Positions 27,023 to 35,749 of a DNA stretch of 35,749 bases are shown here, piece by piece. Both the position numbers and the translations under genes were made by a program. How positions within the stretch are numbered: the stretch's first letter is position 1; every line of letters starts with the position of its first letter. The notes under the pieces were generated by a model that ran no database searches, was not told the origin of the DNA, and worked only from the letters and a program-made list of their open reading frames with translations. Source of the DNA: an uncultured Pseudomonadota bacterium (GTDB lineage Bacteria > Pseudomonadota > Gammaproteobacteria > Methylococcales > Methylomonadaceae); assembly GCA_903902945.1 (NCBI GenBank), contig CAIUWU010000097.1:1-35749 (forward strand), in the 5' to 3' direction.

Positions 27023-28795
27023 TCAATGTAAGCGGTTGACCAGTTCACCATCGATCCGGCAACCACCCAGATCAGGGTAATCATTCAGATTCTGTTCAAA
27101 ATCGCGGAAGGCCGGATGCTGGAATGCCAGACGGATAATCTTGCCCTGCGCTATTTCAAATTCCAGTGCGCCGCCTTTTTCGCGCGGACTGCCGGGTTTA
27201 GTGGCAAATAGCAGAATGCCGATATTCGGCAGCGCCTGTCCCTGATCCTGAGCCGGTCTGGCACAGCTATAGGTTTCGACGCCGAGGGCGGTAAACAGTC
27301 CGGCCAGTTGTCCGGCGTTGATCACCACACCTTCGGCGGCGATGCTGGGAACCCCGAGCAGGGTTTCAAGACCAAAGTTGCCGAGATGATTTTGCAACAA
27401 AGTATTGCCGTTGCCGGCTTTGTCATTGTTTAACAGCGGATAAAGCTGACGCGCCATTTCATCTTTGTCAGGATTTTTCAATGCTGCCAGCAACTGCCGT
27501 GCTGCCGACTGCACCGCGCTGAACACATCTTCTTTTTTCTGGCGCGACTGGGTCAGCCGGTTCCAGTCTTCATGGCTATTAACCGGCAGATGCATGATTT
27601 TCATGGCTTGATAATCTTCTTCGGCCAGACAGCCTGAAAAGTCTTTGTTACGGTAATCATCCAGCAGTTTGGGGCGGATGCTGTCGGTCATGGCCTGCTG
27701 AACGGTGAGATTGTAGGTTTTCCAGTCGGGCGACTGCGTCAGAAAGTAATACAGCAGCGCGTTGCGATCAAATTTATTAAAGCCCAGATCTTTGGCCAGC
27801 AACTTTAACTGACGGCACTGACTTTCCACTTCGGCATAGTTCTGCCAGTTTGGTTTCAGATTGATGTTATGGGATTGAGCCGCTTTTTCGATGACCTGTT
27901 TCAAGGGGATTTCGCCGTCAGCCGACTGGATGGCAACCCGTAACAATTCCTCCAGCGATAAATCGTGAGCATCGGGAATACCGTCATTGACGGTTTTGAT
28001 CAGCAGTGAGCTGTTCAGTTGCGGATAGACATGCAGTTCGCCCAGCAAACGGTTACCGGACGCCCAGAATTTCAGTCCGCCATCGACTACTTCATAAACC
28101 GGCAGCCGGCTGTGAATCAATTGGCCGTTGTCATTGTCCAGGGCGACGACTGCGGGCAGGGTGTGAGTTTCCGAGCTGGATTTGGCCGAAGGCGTCGATT
28201 TAGGCGTGGTTTGCGGGGCGGGATGCACCAGATTATTGGCGGCCTTGCCCATCAAGCCAATACTGGTGCCGACTCCGCTGAGGATCAGCAGGTCGCTGGC
28301 AGCATTCACATCGTCGACCAGTTGAGACAAATTGGCCTCCTGGCTGTCACTGGTCAGGAAGTTGTAATCGACAATAGTGTCTTTGGCGCTATCTAGACGC
28401 AGCCACGGTGTCAGATAAGCCTTGCGGGTTTCCAGTTTGAAATTGCATTTGCCGATAGTGGCCTGATAAAGAAAGCCGCTGGTTTCGCGTTTGAATTTCA
28501 GCGCATCGTTGTGAGTGTTAAAAACCAGCGCGGCGGATAAATCACCATTTTCGTAGGCGCTGCCCATGTCGCTGCAGCCGGCTTTCAGGGCATTGTCGGA
28601 TTTGAACTCAAATTCCGAAATCAGTTGCAGGTAGTAATCATCGGCTGATACGCCCGACTGGCCTTTGATAGGTTTTAATGGCGTGTTATCGGTTTTGGGA
28701 TAGTCCACCGCAATCTGGCGATGCGTGGCGCAAGCGGTTAACAAATTGCCGGCAAGCAGGCTTAAAACGAGTGCAGACGCTGAGCGTATCAACAT
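27023..28795 (-). CDS. Hypothetical lipoprotein, 590 aa
   Basis: Long ORF with AGGA RBS; signal peptide with lipobox LTAC; no family recognised. Confidence 0.8.
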   Translation of the reverse strand: MLIRSASALVLSLLAGNLLTACATHRQIAVDYPKTDNTPLKPIKGQSGVSADDYYLQLISEFEFKSDNALKAGCSDMGSAYENGDLSAALVFNTHNDALKFKRETSGFLYQATIGKCNFKLETRKAYLTPWLRLDSAKDTIVDYNFLTSDSQEANLSQLVDDVNAASDLLILSGVGTSIGLMGKAANNLVHPAPQTTPKSTPSAKSSSETHTLPAVVALDNDNGQLIHSRLPVYEVVDGGLKFWASGNRLLGELHVYPQLNSSLLIKTVNDGIPDAHDLSLEELLRVAIQSADGEIPLKQVIEKAAQSHNINLKPNWQNYAEVESQCRQLKLLAKDLGFNKFDRNALLYYFLTQSPDWKTYNLTVQQAMTDSIRPKLLDDYRNKDFSGCLAEEDYQAMKIMHLPVNSHEDWNRLTQSRQKKEDVFSAVQSAARQLLAALKNPDKDEMARQLYPLLNNDKAGNGNTLLQNHLGNFGLETLLGVPSIAAEGVVINAGQLAGLFTALGVETYSCARPAQDQGQALPNIGILLFATKPGSPREKGGALEFEIAQGKIIRLAFQHPAFRDFEQNLNDYPDLGGCRIDGELVNRLH

Positions 28796-28929
28796 AGCGA
28801 TTCCTGATGAAATAAAGACCAGCTGAAAACAACACCTTGCGGGTTATCAAGCTGTATTTGAGTTGGAGGCGGAATAATAAAGTGAAGCAAGGGTTGTGGC
28901 TATCATTTTATGGTTAACAGCAACTGTGA

Positions 28930-29328
28930 TTAGCCATGGTCCTGTTTAAAGCGGTGAATCAGCCGGCGCTGTTTTTTATTGGGTTTGCGTTCGCGGTGTG
29001 AGGCCGGCATTAAAGCCTGCTGCTGTTTGCGCAGTTCGCGCTGTTCGATGCGGTTGCTGATGCTGGTTTCATCTTCCTGATATAGCTGCGCGGCTTCTTT
29101 GGCCGGACGACGCTGTTTTTTCAGGTCGGTGACTGCGATTTCCCAGTGATCCTGATCCTTGCTGATGCTGACGATATCGCCGATTTTCAGTTCACGGCTG
29201 GGTTTGCAACGCTGTCCATTGATATGCACCTTACCGCCACTCACCGCTTCGGCTGCCAGGGTGCGGGTCTTGAAAAACCGCGCTGCCCACAGCCATTTAT
29301 CAATTCTTACGTCGTCGTTATTTGTCAT
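28930..29328 (-). CDS. hslR: Ribosome-associated heat shock protein Hsp15
   Basis: VRIDKWLWAARFFKTRTLA S4 domain, C-terminal KPNKKQRR; ATG 29328. Confidence 0.94.
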   Translation of the reverse strand: MTNNDDVRIDKWLWAARFFKTRTLAAEAVSGGKVHINGQRCKPSRELKIGDIVSISKDQDHWEIAVTDLKKQRRPAKEAAQLYQEDETSISNRIEQRELRKQQQALMPASHRERKPNKKQRRLIHRFKQDHG

Positions 29329-29439
29329 GGATTCTCTCATGCCGTTTCTATCGGGCAGTATTGTCGGGATTAATCGCCAAAATCTCAAATTACGGTGGCG
29401 TGCCAAACGGCAATAATGGCTGAAGGATTACACGGGAGG

Positions 29440-29470
29440 CCTCATTCCGGGTTGGCTGACCGGAATGAGG
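29440..29470. terminator. 11-bp inverted repeat downstream of the RND gene
   Basis: CCTCATTCCGG-gttggctga-CCGGAATGAGG; no U-tract. Confidence 0.5.
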
Positions 29471-29502
29471 TACAGAGGCGGTTGCGGCACTGCGGCCAGG
29501 AA

Positions 29503-32500
29503 TTACTCTTGCTGTTCGGGAACTTTCGGCATCTGCCGGTTAAGCAGAAAATACACCACCGGAATTACCACCAGCGAGAACAATGTCGAGGCGATGATGC
29601 CGAAAATAAAACTCCAGGCCAGGCCGGAAAAGATCGGATCCAGTACGATCATCATCGATCCCAATACTGCCGATGCTGCGGTCAGGAAGATCGGATTCAG
29701 ACGGGTGGCACCGGCTTCGATGATCGCATCGGCCAGCGTGATTTGCGGGTTGCTGCGGTAAATAGTGTTGATGAAATCAATCAAAATAATCGAGTTGCGA
29801 ACCACAATCCCGGCCAGAGCGATCATGCCTATCATCGCCGTAGCGGTGAAATACACCGGCGTTTCATAGCCTCCGACTGGCGAGCTGAACAGATTGATAA
29901 ACCAGAAACCGGGCATGATGCCGATCACGGTCAGCGGAATCGCGATCATCATGATCAGCGGTACCGACAACGAACCGGTCTGACCGACCAGCAGGATATA
30001 AATCATCACCATGGCTGCGGCAAACGCCAGCCCCAGATCGCGAAACACATCAACGGTAATTTTCCATTCGCCTTCACCGGCCATTTCGGCGTTATAGCCA
30101 GCCGGTAAAGGTTGTTCATCAAAACGATCAAACAAGTCCAGAATGGCTTCCACCGGGCTGCGTCCCGCCATTTCCCCTGTGACATACGCGACGCGGTTGA
30201 GGTTTTTGTGATAAATCGCCCGCTGGCTGTGATCATGGCTGAAATGGCCGATGTCACTCACATGCACCATGTGACCGGTTGATGATTTCATTGTCAATGC
30301 CAGTAAATCCGCTTCCGAGGAACGCGAAGCACGCGGCAATTGCAGATGAATCGCCAGTGGCTGACGTTCTTCGGCAATATGCAGCAGGCCAATATTGCCG
30401 CCACTGATGCCTAAGCGCAGGGTTTCGGCAATTTGGGCGCTGGTCAGGCCCAGCACGGCGGCTTTATCGTGATCGATCAGGAAATGCAGCTGTTGCTGTT
30501 CGGCATCGACAAAATCATCGACATCTACCACGCCCTGGGTTTGCAGCATATCGGCCTTGACTCGGTTGGCAACGCTGATGATGTTGTCGTAGCTGGCTTC
30601 AGGCGGGCCATAGACTTCGGCGACCAGTGTCGACAGTACTGGCGGGCCCGGCGGCATTTCAACGATCTTAATATTAGCACCGTAGTGTTGTTCGATACGG
30701 TCGATTTCAGGACGGATGCGCAAAGCAATCTCATGGGATTGATGTTCGCGGCGGGTTTTATCGGCCAGCACGATGCGAATATCGCCTAAATGGGCGCCCT
30801 GACGTAAATAGTAATGCCTCACCATGCCGTTAAAGTCCATCGGTGATGCGGTGCCGACATAGCTTTGATAGCTGCTGACTTCATTGACGGTGGCCAGATA
30901 ATCGCCCAAGGCGGCAGCGACTTCCTGGGTGGCTTCCAGCGAACTGCCTTTGGGCATATCGATGATTAATTGCAGCTCGTTTTTATTGTCAAAAGGCAGC
31001 AGTTTCAACGGAACTACCCGGGTGACGGCCATCATCGCCGAGGCAATAAAGGCCAACAGCACCGCCAGCAAAAACCAGCGCGCTTTGCGGGTATCGTTCA
31101 ATAACGGCGCCATGATGCGTTGATAGAGCTTAAAGCCACGGCTGTCTTGCAGCTTAAAGGCCGGGCCGTGATGTTTGCCGTAGTCACCTTTGAGCAGACG
31201 GTAACTGGCCCAGGGGGTGACGCTGAAAGCAATCACCAGCGACAGCAGCATCGCAATCGGCACATTGAAAGCCATCGGCGCCATGTAAGGCCCCATCATG
31301 CCGGTGATGAAAAACATCGGAATGAACGACATGATCACCGCAAAAGTCGCCAGAATGGTTGGCGGGCGGATTTCATCGACCGCGGTCAGCAAGGCTTGCA
31401 GCGGAGGCTGTTTACGCATTTGATAATGACGATGGATATTCTCGACATCGACAATAGGGTCATCGACCAGCAAACCCAGCGACAGAATCAGTGCGAACAG
31501 GGTGACGCGGTTGATGGTATAGCCAAAGATCAGGTCGCAGAGCAGGGTGATGGCAAAGGTCATCGGCACCGCCAGCGAGACGATCAGCGATTCTTTGAAA
31601 CCCAGCGTCAAAGCCAGCAACACAATGATGGTCAGAATCGCGATCGATAAATGCATCACCAGTTCATTGACCTTGTGATCGGCAGTTTCGCCGTAGTTGC
31701 GGGTTACCGTGACCAGCACGTCGGCGGGAATCAGATTGCCTTTCAGGGTTTCGGTCATAGCCATGACGTGTTCTGCCACGCTGACGGCATTGCTGCCCCG
31801 GCGTTTGGCGATGGCAATCGTCGCGGTTTCACGCTGTTCACCGGCTACCGGTAATGCGCTGTCGCCAATCTGGTGCATATGCTCAAGCGCCGGACCAAAA
31901 CCGATCTGGCTGTAATAATTGCTGTCAGCACCGCCGTCGATCAGGGTTGCCACTTCACTCAGACGCAGCAGACGGCCATCCTGGGTTTTGATAATGGTAG
32001 CTGCCACATCATCCAGCGATTGGTAATGCGGGCCGGCTTCCAGGGTGATTTCCTGATTGTGCTGAGTGAGTGTGCCAATTTGCAGGTTGACATTACTTTG
32101 TGCCAGCGCCTGTTGCAATTCCAGCAAGCTCAGATGGCTGGCTTTCAGTTTGGCCGGATCGGGATACACCGAAATCTGTCGGGGCGTGGCGCCCACCACC
32201 CAGCTTTTGCCGACATTATCAATGCTGCGCAGCCGGGCCAGCAGTTCGTCGGCAATCCGGCGCAGTTGCAGGGCATCGTGATCGGGATTGGCGGAAGACA
32301 AACTCAGTAATACGATCGGCACGTCATCGATTTCTACCGGCTTGACCAGCCAGTTGCTGACACCGGGCGGAATGATGTCCTGATTGGCCAGTAATTTGTC
32401 GCGAGTTTTGATCAGGCTGTTTTCCAGGTTCTCACCGACAAAATAGCGCACGGTCACCATCGCCGACCCGGGGCGGGAGGTGGAATAAACATATTCGACC

Positions 32501-32760
32501 CCCTGGATTTGTTTTAGCAGTGCTTCGAGCGGGGTGGTGACCTGTTTTTCGACTTCTTCGCTGGAAGCGCCCGGTACTTCGACGAATACATCCATCACCG
32601 GTACGACAATTTGCGGATCTTCCTCGCGGGGAGTCAGCATCAGCGCGGCAGCTCCGGCCAGCAGAGATACTAGTAGAAACAGCAGCGATAGATGTGAAGT
32701 GGTAAATAATCTGACGATCGCAACCGTCAGGCTGTCTTTGCCGGTGTCAGTAGACCTCAT
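29503..32760 (-). CDS. RND efflux transporter permease subunit (AcrB/D/F superfamily)
   Basis: 1085 aa with the two-repeat RND layout; PREEDPQI N-terminus, GLLVDDPIVDVENI (TM4 Asp pair), GIVVRNSIILIDF, RLNPIFLT. Confidence 0.94.
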   Translation of the reverse strand: MRSTDTGKDSLTVAIVRLFTTSHLSLLFLLVSLLAGAAALMLTPREEDPQIVVPVMDVFVEVPGASSEEVEKQVTTPLEALLKQIQGVEYVYSTSRPGSAMVTVRYFVGENLENSLIKTRDKLLANQDIIPPGVSNWLVKPVEIDDVPIVLLSLSSANPDHDALQLRRIADELLARLRSIDNVGKSWVVGATPRQISVYPDPAKLKASHLSLLELQQALAQSNVNLQIGTLTQHNQEITLEAGPHYQSLDDVAATIIKTQDGRLLRLSEVATLIDGGADSNYYSQIGFGPALEHMHQIGDSALPVAGEQRETATIAIAKRRGSNAVSVAEHVMAMTETLKGNLIPADVLVTVTRNYGETADHKVNELVMHLSIAILTIIVLLALTLGFKESLIVSLAVPMTFAITLLCDLIFGYTINRVTLFALILSLGLLVDDPIVDVENIHRHYQMRKQPPLQALLTAVDEIRPPTILATFAVIMSFIPMFFITGMMGPYMAPMAFNVPIAMLLSLVIAFSVTPWASYRLLKGDYGKHHGPAFKLQDSRGFKLYQRIMAPLLNDTRKARWFLLAVLLAFIASAMMAVTRVVPLKLLPFDNKNELQLIIDMPKGSSLEATQEVAAALGDYLATVNEVSSYQSYVGTASPMDFNGMVRHYYLRQGAHLGDIRIVLADKTRREHQSHEIALRIRPEIDRIEQHYGANIKIVEMPPGPPVLSTLVAEVYGPPEASYDNIISVANRVKADMLQTQGVVDVDDFVDAEQQQLHFLIDHDKAAVLGLTSAQIAETLRLGISGGNIGLLHIAEERQPLAIHLQLPRASRSSEADLLALTMKSSTGHMVHVSDIGHFSHDHSQRAIYHKNLNRVAYVTGEMAGRSPVEAILDLFDRFDEQPLPAGYNAEMAGEGEWKITVDVFRDLGLAFAAAMVMIYILLVGQTGSLSVPLIMMIAIPLTVIGIMPGFWFINLFSSPVGGYETPVYFTATAMIGMIALAGIVVRNSIILIDFINTIYRSNPQITLADAIIEAGATRLNPIFLTAASAVLGSMMIVLDPIFSGLAWSFIFGIIASTLFSLVVIPVVYFLLNRQMPKVPEQQE

Positions 32761-33854
32761 GGTTGTACCTCGGCATCGGCCAGAATGGTTTCACCCGCAT
32801 GCAGACCGGACAACACTTCCACCTGATCGCCCTGGCGTTTGCCGCTGCGGATATGGCGAATCTGCCAGTGCTGGTTATCAACTACTTTGACCGCTTCCAG
32901 CTGTCCGTAATGGATAATGGCGGCAGCCGGAATCCACAAGCTGTTGTGCTGGCCCTGACAGGCGAGTTGTAGCCAGCCGAACTGGCCGTGTTGAAATGGC
33001 ATGTTTTTAGGTAACCGAACTTTGAGCAGGCGGCTGTGGGTCTGCGGATCCAGATCGGGGGCGATTTCATCGATAAAACCTGATACTTGCTCAGTGATGC
33101 CGTCGATCGTGACGCTGACCGGCATATCCAGTTGTAACTGGGACAGGCACTGGCCGGGAATCGAGGTTTCCAGGCGGAAATCGTTGGCCTGATAAAAACT
33201 GACAATAGGCTGAGTGCTGGCGCCCATATCCCCTGGGTCTTGATAACGCTCGCCGACAATGCCGTCAAACGGGGCCACGATCTGGTTTTCGTTGAGCATC
33301 ACCTGGCTTTGTTGAGCGCTGCTGGCAGCCTGTTTTGCGGTGGCGCGCGCCGCTTGAGCCTGGGCGACTACCTGCTCGTAATGCTGACGTGTGGCAGCCT
33401 GTTTATTGAACAAGTCGGTAATCCGTTTTTCTTCGCTACTGGCTTGTTCGGCCTGGGCCTGGGCGGCTTGCTGGGCGGCCTGTGCGGCATTAAAGGCGGC
33501 GCGCAAGTCGCGATCATCCAGTCTGGCAATCAGCTGGCCTTTTTTCAGCCTGTCACCGGGATGTACGGCAATTTCGACGATACGGGCAGGCAGTTTCGGC
33601 GCCAGTTTCACTGCCTGACGCGCCTGTACACTGCCTTGCCAGGCAGAAGTGCTGGCGCCGGACTGGCTGTCGACTTTCAGTAAGCGGGCGTTGGCGCTGA
33701 CGGTTTGGCTGCTATGGGCGGTGTTGCCGGGTTCAGTTTTATCTTCGCCGCCGATCACGCCGAGGGCGACAAAAATGACCAGTAATAAACCGGATACCGA
33801 GCCGATGGCGATTAAGGTCTTGGGTTGCTTTAATAATTGATCATGATTAGACAT
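32757..33854 (-). CDS. RND periplasmic adaptor (membrane fusion protein)
   Basis: N-terminal TM, lipoyl halves (VHPGDRLKKGQLIARLD; IVAPFDGIV), Ala/Gln hairpin, VEVLSGLHAGE; ATGA overlap with the permease. Confidence 0.93.
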   Translation of the reverse strand: MSNHDQLLKQPKTLIAIGSVSGLLLVIFVALGVIGGEDKTEPGNTAHSSQTVSANARLLKVDSQSGASTSAWQGSVQARQAVKLAPKLPARIVEIAVHPGDRLKKGQLIARLDDRDLRAAFNAAQAAQQAAQAQAEQASSEEKRITDLFNKQAATRQHYEQVVAQAQAARATAKQAASSAQQSQVMLNENQIVAPFDGIVGERYQDPGDMGASTQPIVSFYQANDFRLETSIPGQCLSQLQLDMPVSVTIDGITEQVSGFIDEIAPDLDPQTHSRLLKVRLPKNMPFQHGQFGWLQLACQGQHNSLWIPAAAIIHYGQLEAVKVVDNQHWQIRHIRSGKRQGDQVEVLSGLHAGETILADAEVQP

Positions 33855-33876
33855 CGTGGATTTCCTGAGCGGTTAA

Positions 33877-35211
33877 TTACCAAGCACCCATGGCTTGTTT
33901 CAGATCGCCTTCGGCGCGCAAGGCTTCGAAGCGAGCGTTGATTTGACGGTTAAGGGCTTTGTCGAGTGCGACCTGAGCTTCCAGGTAGCGGGTGACGGTG
34001 ACGGTGCCGGCTTGCCGTTGTAAGCTGACCAGCCGCAATGCTTCTTCGGCGGCCTGACAGGCAGTCACACTGATCTGATAACGATTCAGTGTTTCTTGCA
34101 GGCGTAACTGGGCGGATTTGAGTTGATTTTCAATATTCAAGCGCGACTGGCGCAATTGCTCTCGGGCTGCGGTCAGTTCATGTTCGGCTTTATGAATTTT
34201 TTCCTGGGTGGCGAAACCGGAAAACAAATCCATTTCAACCACAACACCGGCCGTCATATTGTCGCGACTGCTACTGTAAGCCAGATTTCTGCTGTCGGAG
34301 CCATAGCTGATCATGGCATCGGCGCGCGGCAGATGCGCGGCTTGCGCGGCCGACAGGTGTTGTTCGGCGATCGCAACGCGTTGTTCGGCGGCTTGTAGTT
34401 CCGGATGTTGAGCCAGCGCCTGATCGAGCAATGATGCAAAAGTTGCCGGTGGCTTTGGTAGCACCGGGTTGTCGCCGGCCTGTATGCTGAAAACTTGTTG
34501 ACTGTCGAGGCCGAGCAGGGTTTTGAGCATGCTGTGCGCCAGTTCGACGGCATTATGTGCGTGAACTTTGGCATCCTGGGCTTCGGCCAGCTGCACTTGC
34601 AGCGACAGCAGATCGGATTTTAGTGTGCTGCCAGCATCGAAACCGGCCTGGCTCTGTTGCAGTTCGCTTTGCACCGCTTCGATGGAACGCTGGCTGACGC
34701 GTTCGGCGTCCTGCGCGGCCAGTTCACTGTAATAGGTGCTGGTGACATGATTCATCAGCCGGTTGCGGGCAGCGGCGGTGTCAAGTTCGCTGCTTGCTTT
34801 GTTCAGTTCGGCTGCCTGACTGTTGTAATAATCCTGACCGCCGCGAAACAGACTGTAACTGGCGCTGACCTGCGGACGGTAATTATCGACGAAACCCGGG
34901 TAATTGAAGTTGCCGCTGTTCATGTCCAGCCGGCGCTGGGCAATGATCATGGCAAAGGCCTGGGCGGGATTGTTGCTGTATTGGTAGGACAGACTGGTTT
35001 TGATCTGCGGATAAAAACTGGATAAGGCTTCACCCAGCTGGGCATCGGCCTGAGCAATACGCGCCTGCATGATATGCATTTCGGGATTGTTGGCCAGGGC
35101 CATATCAATCGCTTGTTGCAGGGTGTAGCTGCGAGTCTGTTCATCAGCCTGCGCTGAGCTTATCAATAAGGCAAGGCTGGCGCCTGCCAACCAGAAGCGT
35201 ATCGGTGTCAT
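33877..35211 (-). CDS. TolC-family outer membrane efflux channel
   Basis: Signal peptide ending AQA, TLQQAIDMALANNP, two OEP repeats (FYPQI...LFRGG; HLPRA...LFSGF); ATG 35211. Confidence 0.92.
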   Translation of the reverse strand: MTPIRFWLAGASLALLISSAQADEQTRSYTLQQAIDMALANNPEMHIMQARIAQADAQLGEALSSFYPQIKTSLSYQYSNNPAQAFAMIIAQRRLDMNSGNFNYPGFVDNYRPQVSASYSLFRGGQDYYNSQAAELNKASSELDTAAARNRLMNHVTSTYYSELAAQDAERVSQRSIEAVQSELQQSQAGFDAGSTLKSDLLSLQVQLAEAQDAKVHAHNAVELAHSMLKTLLGLDSQQVFSIQAGDNPVLPKPPATFASLLDQALAQHPELQAAEQRVAIAEQHLSAAQAAHLPRADAMISYGSDSRNLAYSSSRDNMTAGVVVEMDLFSGFATQEKIHKAEHELTAAREQLRQSRLNIENQLKSAQLRLQETLNRYQISVTACQAAEEALRLVSLQRQAGTVTVTRYLEAQVALDKALNRQINARFEALRAEGDLKQAMGAW

Positions 35212-35224
35212 AGTGTCTGATCTT

Positions 35225-35261
35225 GGGGAAAAGGCCGGCGCCGCCAATCGGCAGCGCCGGC
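35225..35261 (-). terminator. Terminator-like hairpin between cydX and the tolC-like gene
   Basis: Minus strand GCCGGCGCTGCC-gatt-GGCGGCGCCGGC (12 bp, one G-U pair) followed by CTTTT. Confidence 0.65.
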
Positions 35262-35276
35262 ATATTGCGGCAACTC

Positions 35277-35417
35277 TTATGAGGGGTTTTTCAAACTGTC
35301 ACAAGACTGGTCGATACCGTGTGTATCAATGTCACACACTGATTCCAGCCACATGGCGTTAATGATGGCGAAGGAACAGGCAAAGCCAACGCCGAGTATC
35401 CAGGCAAAATACCACAT
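35277..35417 (-). CDS. cydX: Cytochrome bd oxidase small subunit CydX (absent from the ORF track)
   Basis: Hand translation MWYFAWILGVGFACSFAIINAMWLESVCDIDTHGIDQSCDSLKNPS (46 aa); MWYFAWILG signature; AAGGAG RBS; follows cydB. Confidence 0.95.
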   Translation of the reverse strand: MWYFAWILGVGFACSFAIINAMWLESVCDIDTHGIDQSCDSLKNPS

Positions 35418-35433
35418 GATAATGTCTCCTTAA

Positions 35434-35749
35434 TCAGTACAAAGTGTGAGTGTCTTTAATAATCGAGGCTTCGGTAATGCTGCCCCAGATCACTTTATAA
35501 ACCCAGCGGGTATACAGCAGCACGATGGGCAGGAACACAATGGTGATCCAGAACGCCAATACCAGCGTGGTATGACTGGAGGTCGCATCCCACAAGGTCA
35601 GGCTCGAGCCGGGTGCAGTTGACGAAATCAGCAGGAACGGAAACAGGCCAAAGCCGAGGGTCAGCAACATGCCGGCAATACCCAGACAGCTGAATACGAA
35701 AGCCGCTGTGGTTGATGTGCCACGGCCCAGTAACCAGGCCAGCGCCAGT
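35434..35749 (-). CDS. cydB: Cytochrome bd ubiquinol oxidase subunit II, 3' part (truncated by window edge)
   Basis: Frame open to the window end; LFPFLLISS, SLTLWDATSSHTTL, FLPIVLLYTRWVYKV, terminal LY. Confidence 0.93.
   Translation of the reverse strand, partial: LALAWLLGRGTSTTAAFVFSCLGIAGMLLTLGFGLFPFLLISSTAPGSSLTLWDATSSHTTLVLAFWITIVFLPIVLLYTRWVYKVIWGSITEASIIKDTHTLY

Noticed and set aside
29395-30108. 237-aa plus-strand ORF antisense to the RND gene
   Set aside because: Shadow ORF with Arg/His/Gln-rich composition typical of the reverse frame of a membrane protein; no motifs

Overview
Gammaproteobacterial chromosomal window (GC roughly 50-55% by eye; protein style suggests Methylococcaceae/Methylomonas-like, which is inference only). 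It is mostly core housekeeping. On the left are the 3' part of an NdvB-like GT2 glucan synthase, a cold-shock gene, ffs(SRP RNA)-dnaX-ybaB-recR, and rluC-HAD-sppA divergent from rne. From 10177 to the end every gene is on the minus strand: cydB(3' end)-cydX, tolC-MFP-RND, hslR, an uncharacterised 590-aa lipoprotein, a DUF748/OmpA-like protein, a small secreted protein, rnr-rlmB-fccA-fccB (flavocytochrome c sulfide dehydrogenase), and bamA-skp-fabZ-lpxA-rnhB-dnaE. I found no mobile element, CRISPR array, tRNA or rRNA. The best leads are: a candidate envelope-spanning module (orphan lipoprotein + DUF748 protein with a perfect 10x hexamer repeat); sulfide-related genes grafted onto housekeeping operons; a cyd-linked efflux pump sitting directly behind a terminator; a CydX with a two-Cys tail; AT-rich Cys-paired BamA surface loops; and a lipid A operon lacking lpxD and lpxB. 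None of these is demonstrably novel without database searches.
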